DNA of 36,610 nt from contig NW_021831725.1 in assembly GCF_006345805.1 (NCBI RefSeq), forward strand, positions 1-36,610, written 5' to 3'. This document shows positions 34,740 through 36,610 of the stretch, in pieces. This DNA comes from Octopus sinensis (Eukaryota). Positions within the stretch are counted from its first letter, which is position 1; the number at the start of each line of letters is the position of its first letter. Both the position numbers and the translations under genes were made by a program. Under the pieces are notes generated by a model. The model ran no database searches. It saw only the letters and a list, made by a program, of their open reading frames with translations, and was not told the origin of the DNA.

Positions 34740-35232
34740 CTTTCTTCTGTTCTCTCTCTCATCCTCTCTATTTCTTCTCATCCTCCCTATTTCTTGTCTT
34801 CCTCTCTATTGCTTCTTATCCTCGCTATTTCTCCTCTTTCTCTCTATTTCTTCTCATCCCCTCTATTTCTTCTCATCCTCCCTATTTATTCTCATCCTCT
34901 CTATTTCTTCTTATCCTCTATATTTCTTCTCCTCCCCTCTATTTCTTCTCATCCTCTCTATTTCTTCTCATCCTCTCTATTTCTTCTCATCCTTTCTGTT
35001 TCACCTCATCCTCCCTATTTCTTCTCATCCTCTCTATATCTTCTCATCCCCTCTATTTCCTCTCATCCTCTCTATATCTTCTCATCCTCTTTTTCTTCTC
35101 TATATCATCTCATCTCTATTTCTCCTCTTCCCCTCTATCTTTTCTCATCCTCTCTACTTCTTCTCATCCTCTCTACTTCTTCTCATCCTCTCTATTTCTT
35201 CTCCTCCCCTCTATTTCTTCTCCTCCCCTCTC
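34740..35232. repeat. Pyrimidine-rich minisatellite, 19-22 bp unit (ttctcatcctctctatttc)
   Basis: More than 20 degenerate copies; almost no G on the + strand. Confidence 0.9.
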
Positions 35233-35834
35233 ACTGTCTTACATCAAACGACCCACCATTTCCCGCCTTTTCCCTTCCCAGCAGACGACAACCTTCCACA
35301 GAGACAGACAACTATTTAATCTCTTCTTATATTCTTGTGTATTTCTCTCATTCTTTACGCAATTTTCCATCTAATGTCCACTTTAAAGGTAAAACTATAT
35401 TATTTTTTCACTGAAACATATTCAACAAAACCACATTAATTTATTTCTTGTGTTTGTTTGACATTTTGAATTAGTTTGAGAAAGTTTTCCATCTCTGTTT
35501 CATTTTAAGATTAACTTGTTAAAATAATGGAAATTGAGAAAAGTAAAATGTATTTTTAATTAAAAAATTTATTTCTCATTAAAAAAAAATCAATAATAAT
35601 ATATTTTGGTTTTTATATCGATATTTTACCTTCAATTTTCATGTCATTTCATGGGAGAAATCTGTTTTGACAATGTTTCTTGTAAAGACACACTGTATAT
35701 AGATACATGCATCTATGTGTATATAAGTGTGTATAAGTATGTATGAAATACAGATATATTTGTCTTTTTGTGCGTAATACATGCAAAAGGAACAGATGTT
35801 TACTATGAGTGTATGATAGACATGTATATATGTG

Positions 35835-35887
<53 letters not shown>

Positions 35888-36002
35888 TCTTTACTCTTTT
35901 ACTTTACCGCTAAGTAACGGGGACATAAACACACCAGCATCGGTTGTCAAGCAATGCTAGGGGGACAACACACACACGTATATATATATATATATATATA
36001 TA

Positions 36003-36392
36003 GTCGCAGGAGTGGCTGTGTGGTAAGTAGCTTGCTTACGAACCACATGGTTCCGGGTTCAGTCCCACTGCGTGGCATCTTGGGCAAGTGTCTTCTACTA
36101 TAGCCTCGGGCCGACCAAAGCCTTGTGAATGGATTTGGTAGACGGAAACTGAAAGAAGCCTGTCGTATATATGTATATATATGTGTGTTTGTGTGTCTGT
36201 GTTTGTCCCTCTAGCATTGCTTGGCAGCCGATGCTGGTGTGTTTACGTCCCCGTCACACTAGCGGTTCGGCAAAAAAAGACCGATAGAATAAGTACTGGG
36301 CTTACAAAGAATAAGTCCCGGGGTCGATTTGCTCGACTAAAGGCGGTGCTCCAGCATGGCCGCTCTCAAATGACGGAAACAAGTAAAAGAAA
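36003..36392 (+). mobile_element. Dominant SINE, full-length
   Basis: Family consensus. Confidence 0.9.
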
Positions 36393-36401
36393 AAAAGAAA
36401 A

Positions 36402-36432
<31 letters not shown>

Positions 36433-36438
36433 ATACAT

Positions 36439-36534
36439 ATACATAAATGTCTCGCACTAGGAGGGACTCTTAAAGTCAAAACTGCCATAATTTTTGACTT
36501 TAGGAGTCCCTTCTAGCGTGAGGCATTTAGGTAT
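36439..36534. repeat. ~95-bp hairpin palindrome (mini-MITE-like); a second copy begins at ~36590
   Basis: taaatgtctcgcactaggagggactcttaaagtcaaaa / ttttgactttaggagtcccttctagcgtgaggcattta. Confidence 0.8.
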
Positions 36535-36610
36535 ATAAATGTTTTATGGAATATATATATATATGTATATATTACATAAAAAAATATATATACATAAATG
36601 CCTCGCACTA

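Noticed and set aside
34637-35414. Hydrophobic F/L/S/I-rich ORFs resembling membrane proteins
   Set aside because: Translation of a pyrimidine minisatellite that lacks stop codons.

Overview
AT-rich, repeat-dense eukaryotic DNA. The repeat repertoire (tRNA-derived SINEs with internal TA/TG microsatellites, (GAT)n-tailed repeats) resembles that of a coleoid cephalopod such as Octopus (inference). The window holds one complete protein-coding gene on the minus strand, an FBXW8-like F-box/WD40 protein. I reconstructed it by hand from 9 GT-AG coding exons (30524 to 11534, 2124 nt, 707 aa, all phases compatible), with a probable non-coding first exon near 32.7 kb. The last exon lies in a ~1.97 kb tandem duplication whose transcription-proximal copy is frameshifted, either through unequal crossover or an assembly artefact. 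Introns and flanks contain many SINEs, non-autonomous Helitrons, TIR elements with 8-9 bp TSDs (some with telomere-like CCCTAA repeats), an RTE-type LINE 3' end and several tandem arrays. There are also four hammerhead-ribozyme-like motifs, two of them forming the arms of a 260-bp palindrome. Nearly all ORFs in the supplied track are repeat artefacts. No prokaryotic-type system such as CRISPR is present.
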